This document shows, piece by piece, positions 17,595-27,604 of a stretch of 64,000 bases of DNA. Within the stretch, counting starts at the first letter, position 1, and every line of letters starts with the position of its first letter. Source of the stretch: an uncultured Pseudobdellovibrionaceae bacterium (GTDB taxonomy: Bacteria; Pseudomonadota; Alphaproteobacteria; Micavibrionales; Micavibrionaceae). The notes under the pieces were generated by a model. It worked only from the letters and a program-made list of their open reading frames with translations. It searched no databases and was not told the DNA's origin. The stretch is taken from the NCBI GenBank assembly GCA_964607245.1, contig CAZSIB010000005.1:43203-107202 (forward strand), written 5' to 3'. The position numbers were made by a program, and so were the translations under genes.

Positions 17595-17943
17595 GCCTTA
17601 ACAACCCGCAAGCCCTGTTCAAACTCGCCCTCTATACTTTCATTATGCCCAGAAAAGGGGTGAGTCGCGCAAACTTTGAGGGGTAGATTCGTCAACGAAA
17701 TTGTGGATAACCCCAGATTCGCTCGTCCCATTGTTTTTTATAACTGGGTCTATCTGCGGCAAGAACGCGCGGGGAAAAATGCCGGGGATGGCTTGCCAGA
17801 TTGGATCAAACGCTTTAATAATCAAAGCAGTGTTTGGGGCTGTTGATTCTCGGCCTTTTCTGTTGGCGGTTCCCGCCGCTTTCGTTTTCTTTTGTCGCGT
17901 TTGATCTTTAACTTGTTGTTTTCTCTTTGAAAAGGAGCCTGCC

Positions 17944-18471
17944 ATGATGAATTCTACCGCCCGTTTTGTGTTGTTGCCTGTGGCGCTTTTGGCGCTTGCG
18001 GCCTGTACAAACAAAACCAAGGATTCGATGCAGGAATCGGGGGCTTATGGCACCGATGGCACCGCCGGGACAACAATGGCCCCGGTGGATGGTGTTGCGT
18101 CTGGCACTGTTATTCCGGGATCTCAAGAAGATCTGACCGTCAATGTCGGTGACCGCATTTTCTTTGGCTATGACCGTGTGGATTTAACTCCGGAAGGCCG
18201 TCAAACACTGGACCTTCAGGCCGAATGGCTCAAGCGTTATCCCAATGTTACTGTGACCATCGAAGGTCATGCGGATGAACGCGGCACCCGTGAATATAAC
18301 TTGGCCCTTGGGGATCGTCGTGCGAATACGGTGCGGGGCTATTTGGTGTCGCAAGGCATTGATACCGCGCGGATCCAGACGATTTCGTACGGTAAAGAAC
18401 GTCCGGCGGTGTTTGGGGCAGATGACCAATCTTGGGCCCAGAACCGTCGTGCTGTGACCAAGGTGAACTAA
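17944..18471 (+). CDS. pal: Peptidoglycan-associated lipoprotein Pal (OmpA-like)
   Basis: Lipobox LALAAC. OmpA-C-like IEGHADERGTREYNLALGDRRANTVRGYL. AAAGGAG SD. Confidence 0.9.
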   Translation: MMNSTARFVLLPVALLALAACTNKTKDSMQESGAYGTDGTAGTTMAPVDGVASGTVIPGSQEDLTVNVGDRIFFGYDRVDLTPEGRQTLDLQAEWLKRYPNVTVTIEGHADERGTREYNLALGDRRANTVRGYLVSQGIDTARIQTISYGKERPAVFGADDQSWAQNRRAVTKVN

Positions 18472-18474
18472 TCC

Positions 18475-19449
18475 GTGCGCGCGCGCCTGTTCTCCTCTTT
18501 TCGCGCATCTGTTGCGGTGCTGGCCTTGATCGCCACGCTGCCCGTGCCGATGGCTTTTGCCCAAGTGGGAGATGCGGACGCGCGCTTATCACGGATGGAA
18601 CGTGACATCGAAACCTTAAGCCGGTCGGTATTTAAGGGTGAAAAGCCACCTGCCGGCGCGATGAATATCGGTGCAGGATCCCAGGCTTTCCAAGAACAGA
18701 CCGATGGGCGCCTGTCCCAACTGGAATCTGATCTGCGTGAACTGACCGGTCGGGTTGAAGAACAGGGAAACACCCTGAACCAAATCAACCGGACCTTGAT
18801 GGATATTCAAACGCGGGTCACGCGTATGGAACAAGGGGCGGGGACGACAGTCCTCGCGCCCCTACCGTCCACCTCGTCCTCATCTAACCTTTCGGTGTCG
18901 AGTGGGGGGGGAGAAAACGCGGCAACACCTGCTGATGTCTCCGAACCCGCGCCAAATATTTTGACCGATGGGCCGAATGGCGCCGCGTCCGGTACGGCCC
19001 CCAGTGTTGAAAATTTTGGCAATCTGCCACAAAACGCAACGACCAGTATTCCCCCCGAAACCGATCCCGCCCGCGCGTATGAAAATGCGATCAGTCTGTT
19101 AAAGCAACGGGATTATAGCCTGGCAGAAAAGGCGTTTCGTGATTTTTTAAAGGTCAATCCGGATCATACGTTGGCCCCGAACGCCAAATATTGGCTCGGG
19201 GAGGCGTATTTTGCCCAAAACAAGTATGACCAAGCCGCACGGATTTTTGCCGAAGGCTATCAAAAATATCCAAAAGGGGCCAAGGCCGCGGATAATCTGC
19301 TGAAACTCGGGTTATCCCTTGCGGCCAAAGGGAATGGGGCGGACGCCTGCGTCGCCTTGGGTCAAATTGCCAAAGACTTCCCCAACAGCGCGGCCGCCGT
19401 ACGCAACCGCGCCGATCAAGAAATGCGCAAGTTAAAGTGCGGTGGATAA
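18475..19449 (+). CDS. cpoB: Tol-Pal system protein CpoB/YbgF
   Basis: Signal peptide, an N-terminal coiled coil (RLSRMERDIETLSR...LESDLRELTGRVEEQ) and a C-terminal TPR (...AKYWLGEAYFAQNKYDQAARIF...). Immediately downstream of pal. GTG start. Confidence 0.85.
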   Translation: MRARLFSSFRASVAVLALIATLPVPMAFAQVGDADARLSRMERDIETLSRSVFKGEKPPAGAMNIGAGSQAFQEQTDGRLSQLESDLRELTGRVEEQGNTLNQINRTLMDIQTRVTRMEQGAGTTVLAPLPSTSSSSNLSVSSGGGENAATPADVSEPAPNILTDGPNGAASGTAPSVENFGNLPQNATTSIPPETDPARAYENAISLLKQRDYSLAEKAFRDFLKVNPDHTLAPNAKYWLGEAYFAQNKYDQAARIFAEGYQKYPKGAKAADNLLKLGLSLAAKGNGADACVALGQIAKDFPNSAAAVRNRADQEMRKLKCGG

Positions 19450-19544
19450 GGTTTAGAACGCTGGTCGATCGGGGTATCTCCTCCTGATTTAGACGCGATA
19501 TTTTTTCTATCCTTTTGTTTTCTCTTTCTCTTTCTTCCTTTCCT

Positions 19545-19625
19545 TGTCATCCCCGCGAAGGCGGGGATCCAGTTCTTTCTTCCTCTTTTTTCCTTTTCTG
19601 GATTCCCGCTGTTGCGGGAATGACA
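19545..19625. repeat. Inverted pair of 28-nt GC-rich palindromic repeat units (TGTCATYCCCGC-N4-GCGGGRATCCAG)
   Basis: The copies lie at 19545-19572 and 19598-19625 (reverse orientation). The stem differences are compensatory (C:G versus T:A). They are separated by, and preceded by, 27-28-nt pure pyrimidine tracts (19518-19545 and 19573-19599). Confidence 0.85.
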
Positions 19626-19920
19626 GAGAAGTCCGTTTGGCTTTATATTCCCCCGTGGTTTTTGTGTTTAAAAAACACAAGGGAACAGCGCGCGCCGCCC
19701 TCGTAAATTGTGGGCTGCCCGGTGGTGGGTGGGGGATTGGCTCCTTTCTTCGGACGGTCGATTTAACCAACACGCCTTGAAAAAAGAGCTTCCCCCTCTG
19801 GTGGTCGACTCCATTAAGAGAGAATATAAGCGAACAATCCCGAAATGTCAAGTATTATTTTAAAAAAAGTAATGATTTTTGTGGTATTAGGGATAAAAAC
19901 CTTTATTTAACCAGACCTCA

Positions 19921-19948
19921 TTTAAAACCCCCGGAATATATCCGGGGG
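19921..19948 (-). terminator. Intrinsic terminator after the EF-hand gene
   Basis: CCCCCGGA-ATATA-TCCGGGGG hairpin. On the minus strand it is followed by TTTTAAA. Confidence 0.5.
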
Positions 19949-19985
19949 TCGATGGATTCTGGTCAGGGCGTCGATTGTTTTGGGA

Positions 19986-20360
19986 TCAATGAGACTCTGG
20001 GGCGTCGTGCCCATCCATGTGATGTTCTTTCATTTTCTCACGGCGCTCGTCGCGGCGGTCTTCACGCTTTTCACGACGATCCTCGCGGCCTTTTTTCATT
20101 TCATCTTGAGAGAGCTTACCGTCCTTGTCGGTATCCAGACGCGTAAAAATTTCTTTGATGCGGGCTTCATGTTCGGCAAGCATTTCAGCGGGTGTCAAAA
20201 AGCCGTCTTTATTCGTGTCGTTCTTTTGAAAACGTTCGGCTGGGGAAAGACGTTTCCATCCGTCTTTGCCTTTTTCGTGGTCTTCGGCATGTGCGGTCAG
20301 GGCGGATCCAGCAAGCAGTGTCGCGATGGCAATTGAGAGATAGGAAAGACGGGTCATCAA
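19986..20360 (-). CDS. Secreted EF-hand calcium-binding protein
   Basis: Signal peptide (...LLAGSALTAHA) and two canonical 12-residue EF loops (DTNKDGFLTPAE and DTDKDGKLSQDE). Highly charged R/E/D-rich C-terminus. Confidence 0.8.
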   Translation of the reverse strand: MMTRLSYLSIAIATLLAGSALTAHAEDHEKGKDGWKRLSPAERFQKNDTNKDGFLTPAEMLAEHEARIKEIFTRLDTDKDGKLSQDEMKKGREDRREKREDRRDERREKMKEHHMDGHDAPESH

Positions 20361-20450
20361 AAATCTCCTCTAAGTTAAGGTGGGAAAGGTGCTAAGACAC
20401 GCACAGCATAAAACAGCGTGAGAACGAAATGCAATTTTTTTCTTATGCCT

Positions 20451-22157
20451 TTATGACGCACCTGGATCGCGATGTTCATCCGCATCATCAAAGTTGGTGG
20501 TGAGGCGTGCCGGGTCCTTGCTGGGGTCTGGCTTTTGAGACATGTTTTTCGTGAGATCCGCAAAACTGAGCGGTGTTTCTGTTGCTTGAATTCGTGCCGA
20601 GAGGTGCGACGTTCCTGTTCCGCCGAGCCCCAGGCCCATGCCAATATGGGGTGCCGTGGGAGCCGGGGCGGGCGTCGCGGGGCCAGCCTCTTGTGACGGC
20701 GCCATGTTTTGAGCGAAGGCGTTTTTTAATGTGGGCGTGGTTGGCATCAGGAACATGTCCAGATCATTTGCGTGGATGGCCGCGTCCATTTCCTGGCGTT
20801 TCAAATAGGTGCGACTTTGTTCAACCGAACGGGTGAGCGCGTCGAGATCTGGAAGTTCTTTGGCAATCTCTGGGAGTTGATCGAGAAGAATAATCTCACC
20901 AATTTTACGTCGGCTGATGACCTCACGCGTGAGTTGATAAAGCCCGTCGATGGCGGGATCCGCGCGCATCATTTGAAACTGCATCTGCGCGGCCTGAATT
21001 GGCGTCCGGCCACTCAATCCGGCCTGGTCATAGGCCTGGGCCGCGCCTTGAAGGGCAGACGCACACCACCCGAGAAAACGACCCTGAAGCAAATCCTGGT
21101 TTTGGCGGGCGGCCGTTTCAAGTAAGATATCGCTGCGGTCGTTATCGGCCAGTTGCGCGATCACGGTTCCAAATGTCTCGTCGATCATGCGGTGATGGAG
21201 TTGTTCGTTGCGGTGGATATCCATGAAAGGATTAAATGTCCGGTCGAGCTGTTTTTGATCGGCCGCGGGGATCCGCGAAAGCGCCTCGATCTGATGCACA
21301 ATCGAACGGACATAGGGATCATCACTGTGGTTGAGGCCAGCAGCCAGAATAATCTCGGGGCGGTACCCGCGCCAGGCCATATCTTGGGCGGCTTCACAAA
21401 AGCGCCACCATTGCCGGATTTGGTCGTCGGTTGTGACATGGGCGAGTTCTTCTGTGATATCACGGCATTTTTCAATACGCGCACGGTCGGCGTCCAAGTG
21501 ATCGAGGATTTGCTCTGCGGCATAAGCCGTGGCCCCAACCGAGAGGGTAAACGGAAAGCGTTCGGGTCGGTCATGACTTTCGCGCGAGATCGCTTGAAAA
21601 GCACGTTTATGCGAAAGTTGATCAATCGCGTCTTGATAGCCCTCGGTACGAAGCATGAGGCAGGCGAAGATATCGCTTCTGAGATTGGCGCGTGCATCGG
21701 CAACTGCGCTGCGTTTTGGAACCAGTAGGCGCCCGGCAAGGCGTTCCAAAAGGGCCGGATCTTGGCAGAGATCCGAGACTTCAATCGCATGCCAGGTTTG
21801 GCGATACAGATCGGCCAAAGCGTCGAAATAATTATCGTACTGATCGATATTGATCGAAATAATGGCGAGAGACACGATGGTGTTTGAAAACCCGAGCCAG
21901 TTTGTCATCGTGCAGGCGGCAATCCCGTGAAATGCAGAGGGCTCAATCGGGGGAAAATTTCGTTGAAAGATCGTCATGGCGGTGTGCCCCGCCGGATGAT
22001 CAAGCAGTGTATCCTCGATCATTTGCAGGCTGGTCCGGAGCTGGCCAGTGTTATGAATACTATAAACAACGGACAAATAGGGATCGACCGCGTTGATTTC
22101 GGCGGCAAGTGCGTCGGCTTTGGCCTGAAGTGCAGCGATGGACAATAAATCTGACAT
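20451..22157 (-). CDS. Large hypothetical protein (568 aa), orphan
   Basis: Long uninterrupted ORF that looks mostly helical, with a Pro/Ala/Gly-rich and acidic, disordered-looking C-terminal 100 aa. No motif recognised (no HExxH, P-loop or signal peptide). Confidence 0.7.
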   Translation of the reverse strand: MSDLLSIAALQAKADALAAEINAVDPYLSVVYSIHNTGQLRTSLQMIEDTLLDHPAGHTAMTIFQRNFPPIEPSAFHGIAACTMTNWLGFSNTIVSLAIISINIDQYDNYFDALADLYRQTWHAIEVSDLCQDPALLERLAGRLLVPKRSAVADARANLRSDIFACLMLRTEGYQDAIDQLSHKRAFQAISRESHDRPERFPFTLSVGATAYAAEQILDHLDADRARIEKCRDITEELAHVTTDDQIRQWWRFCEAAQDMAWRGYRPEIILAAGLNHSDDPYVRSIVHQIEALSRIPAADQKQLDRTFNPFMDIHRNEQLHHRMIDETFGTVIAQLADNDRSDILLETAARQNQDLLQGRFLGWCASALQGAAQAYDQAGLSGRTPIQAAQMQFQMMRADPAIDGLYQLTREVISRRKIGEIILLDQLPEIAKELPDLDALTRSVEQSRTYLKRQEMDAAIHANDLDMFLMPTTPTLKNAFAQNMAPSQEAGPATPAPAPTAPHIGMGLGLGGTGTSHLSARIQATETPLSFADLTKNMSQKPDPSKDPARLTTNFDDADEHRDPGAS

Positions 22158-22311
22158 AGCACCGATCAGTATAAAAAAAGAGACGACAATCCTGTCGTTT
22201 ATTATACTGCGCAGCAGTTAATGCTTTATAATTTCTGTAATACGTGCGGGGGATGACAAACCCGCTGATTTGTTTTAGAAATAAGGCCAACAACGGCAGA
22301 AAGGGCAAAAA

Positions 22312-23154
22312 ATGACTGGGTTCATGAAAAATAAGCGCGGCCTGATCATGGGTGTCGCGAACGAGCGTTCGATTGCGTGGGGCATCGCCCAGGCCGTCCA
22401 TGCGCAAGGTGCTGAACTCGCGTTTACGTACCAGGGCGAGGCGCTTGAAAAGCGGGTGCGTCCCTTGGCCGAGAGTATTGGCGCGGGCATTGTGGAGCCC
22501 TGCGATGTGACGGATGACGCCTCGGTTGACACGGTGATGGCGCGCTTGAAACAGGCCTGGGGCGGGATTGATTTTATCGTTCATGCGATTGCCTTTTCGG
22601 ACAAGAATGAACTTGATGGGCTGTATCTGAACACCACGCGGGCGAATTTTTTACGGACCATGGATATTTCGGTTTATTCTTTCACCTCTGTTGCCCAAAA
22701 AGCAGCCCCTATTTTAAACCCTGGGGCGTCTTTATTGACCCTCACCTATTACGGGGCGGAACGCGTGATGCCGCATTATAATGTGATGGGTGTCGCGAAG
22801 GCCGCGCTTGAGGCGTCGGTACGGTATTTGGCGGTGGATTTGGGCCGCCGCGATATCCGCGTGAATGCCATTTCGGCGGGGCCCATTAAAACATTGGCAG
22901 CAAGTGGCATTGGGGATTTCCGGCATATTCTGAAATGGAATGAACTGAATTCCCCATTACGGCGAAACGTGACGACCGATCAAGTGGGGTCGGCGGGGCT
23001 GTTCCTCCTTTCGGATTTAGGCGCCGGTATGACGGGCGAGGTGATGCATGTCGACAGTGGGTACCATGTTGTGGGCATGATGGATGTTGAAAATATTGCA
23101 CAAACAGCAGAACTTTTGACATCGATGTCATCGGGTGCACAAAAGACATCTTGA
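22312..23154 (+). CDS. fabI: Enoyl-[acyl-carrier-protein] reductase (NADH) FabI
   Basis: KRGLIMGVANERSIAWGIA..., YYGAERVMPHYNVMGVAKAALEASVRYLA (Y-x6-K), NAISAGPIKTLAASGI. Confidence 0.9.
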   Translation: MTGFMKNKRGLIMGVANERSIAWGIAQAVHAQGAELAFTYQGEALEKRVRPLAESIGAGIVEPCDVTDDASVDTVMARLKQAWGGIDFIVHAIAFSDKNELDGLYLNTTRANFLRTMDISVYSFTSVAQKAAPILNPGASLLTLTYYGAERVMPHYNVMGVAKAALEASVRYLAVDLGRRDIRVNAISAGPIKTLAASGIGDFRHILKWNELNSPLRRNVTTDQVGSAGLFLLSDLGAGMTGEVMHVDSGYHVVGMMDVENIAQTAELLTSMSSGAQKTS

Positions 23155-23170
23155 CCGGAGCGTGCGTTTT

Positions 23171-23818
23171 ATGGCGATGACCAAAGCACGTATCGAGAAA
23201 TTTTTTTCCATTCTGCGCGCAGAAAATCCACATCCGAAAAGTGATTTGGAATATACGAATCCCTTTACCCTTTTGGTCGCGGTCGTGCTCTCGGCCCAGA
23301 CGACGGATAAGGGCGTGAATCTGGCCACACGAGAATTATTCAAGGTTGCGGATACGCCGGAAAAGATGGCGCAGTTGGGTGTGAACGGGATTAAAGATTA
23401 CATCCGGACCATCGGCCTTTTTAATGCCAAGGCGAATAATGTGCATCGGTTAAGCGAGATGTTAATGGATCGCTTTGAGGGACAGGTGCCGCATACGCGT
23501 GACGATTTAATGACCTTGCCGGGCGTGGGGCGCAAGACCGCAAATGTGGTGTTGAATGTGGCCTTTGGAGTACCCACAATGGCGGTTGATACGCATGTGT
23601 TTCGGGTGGCAAACCGTACCGGCCTTGCGGCAGGGGACACGCCCGAACAGGTTGAAGAACAGTTGTTGAAACGCGTGCCGTCCGAATTTATGGATCATGC
23701 ACATCATTGGTTGATCCTTCATGGGCGGTATGTGTGTCGGGCGCGTGCGCCCAAATGTGAGACATGTTTGGTGCAGTCGCTTTGTGCATTTCCAGACAAA
23801 GAAAAGAGTAAAAAATGA
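23171..23818 (+). CDS. nth: Endonuclease III
   Basis: NPFTLLVAVVLSAQTTD, the HhH-GPD motif LPGVGRKTANVVL, and the C-terminal 4Fe-4S cluster motif C-x6-C-x2-C-x5-C. The start is taken at MAMTKARIEK to avoid overlap with fabI. Confidence 0.9.
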   Translation: MAMTKARIEKFFSILRAENPHPKSDLEYTNPFTLLVAVVLSAQTTDKGVNLATRELFKVADTPEKMAQLGVNGIKDYIRTIGLFNAKANNVHRLSEMLMDRFEGQVPHTRDDLMTLPGVGRKTANVVLNVAFGVPTMAVDTHVFRVANRTGLAAGDTPEQVEEQLLKRVPSEFMDHAHHWLILHGRYVCRARAPKCETCLVQSLCAFPDKEKSKK

Positions 23819-24330
23819 TGCGCGTGGATCTTGTGGCCCCCGGGGCCGATTTGATGGAGATGGATGCGTTATTATCGATCCTCGATTTCTCGAAAGATCC
23901 AGCCTATTTTCGGCGGTGTGTTGACGAATCGCCTGCTGCGCGCGCGGTGATGATGGCGCGGGTGGATCAGAAAGCCGTGGGGATCTGTGTTGTTAATTTT
24001 GCGTCGTCGTATCCGCTCTTTAAACGTCTGAATATTCCCGAAATTCAAGATTTGAATGTGGCGGCGGGCGCGCGTCATCAGGGTGTGGGATCGGCGTTGC
24101 TTTATGCGGCCGAAGAACTCGCGCGCGCGCGGGGACATACCGATATTGGCATTGGTGTGGGGATTGCTGCGTCTTATGGCGCGGCCCAACGTTTATATGC
24201 GCGCCGCGGATATATCCCCGATGGGGCCGGGGCCAGTCAAGACGACCAAACCGTGCGCCTGGGTGAGCTGCGCACGGTGGATGATCGGTTGTGTCTCTAT
24301 TTGGTGAAAGAGTTGGGTGTTTCGCGTTAG
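23815..24330 (+). CDS. GNAT family N-acetyltransferase
   Basis: The acetyl-CoA motif ...[28 protein letters not shown]... is of the Q/R-x-x-G-x-G/A type. The start overlaps the nth stop (ATGA). Confidence 0.8.
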   Translation: MMRVDLVAPGADLMEMDALLSILDFSKDPAYFRRCVDESPAARAVMMARVDQKAVGICVVNFASSYPLFKRLNIPEIQDLNVAAGARHQGVGSALLYAAEELARARGHTDIGIGVGIAASYGAAQRLYARRGYIPDGAGASQDDQTVRLGELRTVDDRLCLYLVKELGVSR

Positions 24331-26132
24331 GAGGCAATAGCGGTTTTTGGCTTTGGCATGTCGATCTTGATGTGCAGATCGCGGAGTTGCGGGACTGTCA
24401 TTTCAGTGGGTGCGCCCATCATCGGGTCTTCGAACGCGCCGTTCATGACAAAGGCGTAGACTTCACGCAAATTTGGTTCATCCGCAATCAGCATGATGAT
24501 CCGGTCGACGCCAAAGGCACAGCCGCCGTGGGGGGGGGCGCCGAATTTAAAGGCACTCAGCATCCCGCCAAATTTTTTCTCGAGCACATCGCGGCCATAA
24601 CCGGCAATCGCAAAGGCCCGTTCCATGATGTCGGCACGGTGGTTCCGGATGGAGCCCGAGCACAGTTCAAATCCGTTACACACACAGTCATATTGATTGG
24701 CGACAATCGTCAAGGGATCTTGGCTGTTGAGTGCTGTAAGGCCGCCTTTTGGCATCGAGAACGGGTTGTGCGTGAAATCGATTTGCCCCGTTTGTTCGTT
24801 CATTTCGTACATGGGGAAGTCGGTAATCCAGCAGAATTTAAAAACATTCTTTTGGGTCAGATCCAGATCAGCCGCGATTTTGTTGCGCGCCTTACCGGCC
24901 AGTTTTGCGGCTGGGCCTTCCTTGTCACAGACAAAGAAAACAGCATCGGTGTCTTGTGCGTTCATCTGTGCCCGTAGTTCTTTTTGGGCGTCTGCGGGCA
25001 AGAATTTGGCAATTGGGCCTTTGCCATCACCATTTTCAAACACAACGTACCCCAAGCCCGGTGCGCCTTCGCCCTTGGCCCAGTCGTTTAATTTATCAAA
25101 GAAGCTGCGGGGTTTGTCGGCAACAGAAGGCGCGCGAATGGCGCGGACAACGCCGCCTTTTTCAATGACGGCCTTAAAGGCTTTAAAGTCAACATCGGCG
25201 CGCGCGAAAATCGAGGTGACATCGACGATTGTCAAAGGGTTGCGCAAATCGGGCTTATCCGACCCATAGGTCATCATCGCCTCGGCATAGGGAATTCGTA
25301 CCCACGGCCAGGGTGTGACCGTCCGCGGAACCCCCAGATGCCCCGCAAATTCGGTAAAGATGCCGCCAATCACCGGCTCCATTGTCGCGAAGACATCGTC
25401 TTCGTTGACAAAGCTCATCTCGACATCCAGTTGGTAAAATTCGGCCAAACGATCGGCACGCCCGTCTTCATCACGAAAACATGGCGCAATTTGAAAATAA
25501 CGGTCAAACCCCGAGACCATGAGGAGTTGTTTGAACTGTTGCGGGGCCTGGGGCAGGGCATAGGCCTTGCCGGGGTGAAGCCTTGCCGGCACTAGAAAAT
25601 CGCGCGCGCCTTCCGGGGAACTGGCGGTCAGGATAGGCGTTTGAAATTCTTGGAATCCCTGGTCCCACATGCGCCGCCGCATCGAGGCAATCACGTTATT
25701 GCGCAGGCGGATATTGCGCTGCATCTTCTCGCGTCGCAAATCGAGGAAGCGATATTTGAGGCGCATCTCCTCGCCTGCGCCATCATCGTCGGCAACTTGG
25801 AACGGGATCACATCGGCGGGGGATTCAAGCTGTGCCCGTGTCACTTTAACCTCAATCCCTCCGGTTGCGAGTTTCGCGTTTTTGGTATCACCCGGGCGTT
25901 CGACGACAACACCGTCAAAGAAAACGACTGATTCATTGCGCCAGTTGGGGACGTCTTGTAACCCGGGAACGCTGGGGTCGACGACACATTGCGTGACGCC
26001 ATAGGCATCGCGCAAATCAATGAACATGACCCCGCCATGGTCCCGCCGCCGCGCAATCCATCCCGCAAGGGTCACGGTTTGGCCGATATGGTCGGTGCGG
26101 AGCGCGCCGCACGTGTGGGTGCGATAGGTCAT
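24327..26132 (-). CDS. aspS: Aspartate--tRNA ligase
   Basis: 601 aa. N-terminal OB fold (RTHTCGALR...[24 protein letters not shown]) and class II motifs (FRDED.RADR; ...PPHGG.AFG.DR). Confidence 0.95.
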   Translation of the reverse strand: MTYRTHTCGALRTDHIGQTVTLAGWIARRRDHGGVMFIDLRDAYGVTQCVVDPSVPGLQDVPNWRNESVVFFDGVVVERPGDTKNAKLATGGIEVKVTRAQLESPADVIPFQVADDDGAGEEMRLKYRFLDLRREKMQRNIRLRNNVIASMRRRMWDQGFQEFQTPILTASSPEGARDFLVPARLHPGKAYALPQAPQQFKQLLMVSGFDRYFQIAPCFRDEDGRADRLAEFYQLDVEMSFVNEDDVFATMEPVIGGIFTEFAGHLGVPRTVTPWPWVRIPYAEAMMTYGSDKPDLRNPLTIVDVTSIFARADVDFKAFKAVIEKGGVVRAIRAPSVADKPRSFFDKLNDWAKGEGAPGLGYVVFENGDGKGPIAKFLPADAQKELRAQMNAQDTDAVFFVCDKEGPAAKLAGKARNKIAADLDLTQKNVFKFCWITDFPMYEMNEQTGQIDFTHNPFSMPKGGLTALNSQDPLTIVANQYDCVCNGFELCSGSIRNHRADIMERAFAIAGYGRDVLEKKFGGMLSAFKFGAPPHGGCAFGVDRIIMLIADEPNLREVYAFVMNGAFEDPMMGAPTEMTVPQLRDLHIKIDMPKPKTAIAS

Positions 26133-26249
26133 GAAGGATCATCTTTCATCTTAAGTTCTTGAAAAAAGCTCGGTTTTCTTATAGCGGGCTTGCTTTCAAA
26201 GAGAAAGAGAAATTTGGAAAACAGGCGGTGAAGCCCGCGCAACGATCAT

Positions 26250-27518
26250 TTAAGCGCTTTTTACCGTAATCTTTTCTCGCAGCACAGAATAAGGAACAAA
26301 TTCCGATAACGGGCCGAGGCCCGTCAGAATGGGGGGCGACGCAAAGATGGTACGGGCGAGATCTGTGACGGCACCCACCGAGATTTGGTCGATCCGGGTG
26401 CGCATATCTTCGGTGTTCAGAACGCGCCCGTGGAAAATCAGGTGTTTGGCGTTTTGGTCGGCACGCGTTGTCATGCTTTCACGGCCCATCAGCAAACTGG
26501 ATTTTAATTGTGATTTTGTCCGGTCGATTTCATGGGGTAGAACCGACCCCGGAAAGGCATTCAGGTTATCGACAAGCGTCGACATCAGTTCACCCACCCG
26601 TGCCGGGTCTGTCCCGGCATAAATCCCAAAGGTGCCATCATCGCGATACGCGCTGTGAAAGGCATAGATATTATAGGCAAGCCCACGTTTTTCGCGCACC
26701 TCTTGGAAGAGGCGTGACGACATCCCGCCGCCCAAGATATGTGCCAGGGCCACGGCCTGGTAATAGCGCGGATCGGTGCGGGAAATACCATGGAACCCCA
26801 GTAAAATATGCGCTTGTTCCAGTTCTTTTTCCGTACGGTGTTCGCCGCCCTGGTACGCGGCGGGGGCGTAATGTTGAACCGTTGATTCCGGAAGTGCCCC
26901 AAATAATTCTGTTGCCTGGGCCACAAAGTTTGCGTGATCAACATTGCCGGCCGCAGAAAGAACCATGTTCGATGCGGTGTAATGACTGCGGACATAGCGT
27001 ACAATGGCATCGCGTGGCATGTTCGCGACGATATCGGCGCGGCCCAAGATGGGTGCCCCCAGGGTTTGGTTGGGATAGGCGCGTTCCTGAAAAAAATCGT
27101 AGATCAAATCATCCGGTGTGTCGGCATTCATACCGATTTCTTGCAAGATCACCTGGCGTTCGCGTTCAAGTTCACCCGGATCAAAGGTTGACCGTAAAAG
27201 CATATCGGCAAGGACGTCCAAGGTTTTGCGGACATCGTCTTTGAGGACATGAAAATAATATCCGGTCACCTCCCGGCTGGTATAGGCATTCATGTGGCCG
27301 CCAATGCCTTCGATTTCTTCTGCAATTTCCCGTGCGCTGCGTGTTGGGGTCCCCTTGTACATCATGTGTTCGACGAGGTGCGCAAGGCCATTTTCGGTCA
27401 TGTCCTCATTCCGCGTCCCCACCCCGAAATAGGCGCCAAGCGCCACGCTGTCGATCGTATCCACCCGGTCAGTCAGGATACGTAGGCCGTTTGGAAGGGT
27501 CGAGAGTTGTATCGTCAT
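26250..27518 (-). CDS. M16 family (pitrilysin/MPP-like) zinc metallopeptidase
   Basis: Inverted zinc motif HxxEH in GLAHLVEHMMYKGT and the downstream E in ...NAYTSREVT.... Typical 420-aa alphaproteobacterial MPP-beta-like protein. Confidence 0.9.
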   Translation of the reverse strand: MTIQLSTLPNGLRILTDRVDTIDSVALGAYFGVGTRNEDMTENGLAHLVEHMMYKGTPTRSAREIAEEIEGIGGHMNAYTSREVTGYYFHVLKDDVRKTLDVLADMLLRSTFDPGELERERQVILQEIGMNADTPDDLIYDFFQERAYPNQTLGAPILGRADIVANMPRDAIVRYVRSHYTASNMVLSAAGNVDHANFVAQATELFGALPESTVQHYAPAAYQGGEHRTEKELEQAHILLGFHGISRTDPRYYQAVALAHILGGGMSSRLFQEVREKRGLAYNIYAFHSAYRDDGTFGIYAGTDPARVGELMSTLVDNLNAFPGSVLPHEIDRTKSQLKSSLLMGRESMTTRADQNAKHLIFHGRVLNTEDMRTRIDQISVGAVTDLARTIFASPPILTGLGPLSEFVPYSVLREKITVKSA

Positions 27519-27604
27519 ATTTTATTCCATTTCTTTTTTAGGCGGATACGATACCATGAATTGTCAAAAGTTTTGAGAGGTTAATTTAACATTTTTCGTG
27601 CGAA

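Noticed and set aside
17595-17943. I searched the longer intergenic regions (also 19630-19985, 34860-35109, 37770-37921 and 46066-46316) for tmRNA, RNase P RNA, SRP RNA, 6S RNA or riboswitch signatures.
   Set aside because: I found no recognisable conserved cores, for example the RNase P GAGGAAAGUCC motif, the SRP GGAA/AGCA domain IV or a tmRNA tag frame. Absence by eye is weak evidence, and a covariance-model scan would be needed.
17643-18020. A 125-aa minus-strand ORF upstream of and overlapping pal.
   Set aside because: Its 5' part overlaps the pal coding start. The shorter MAGSF version would start head-to-head on the pal ATG. It has no SD and a basic low-complexity N-terminus. I keep it only as an unexplained stretch (see the pal finding).
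19507-19851. A 114-aa minus-strand ORF spanning the palindromic repeats and the polypurine tract.
   Set aside because: Its sequence (…SFPQQRESRKGKKRKKELDPRLRGDDKERKKEKEKTKG) is simply the translation of the repeat units and the homopurine run. There is no SD and no coding-like region.
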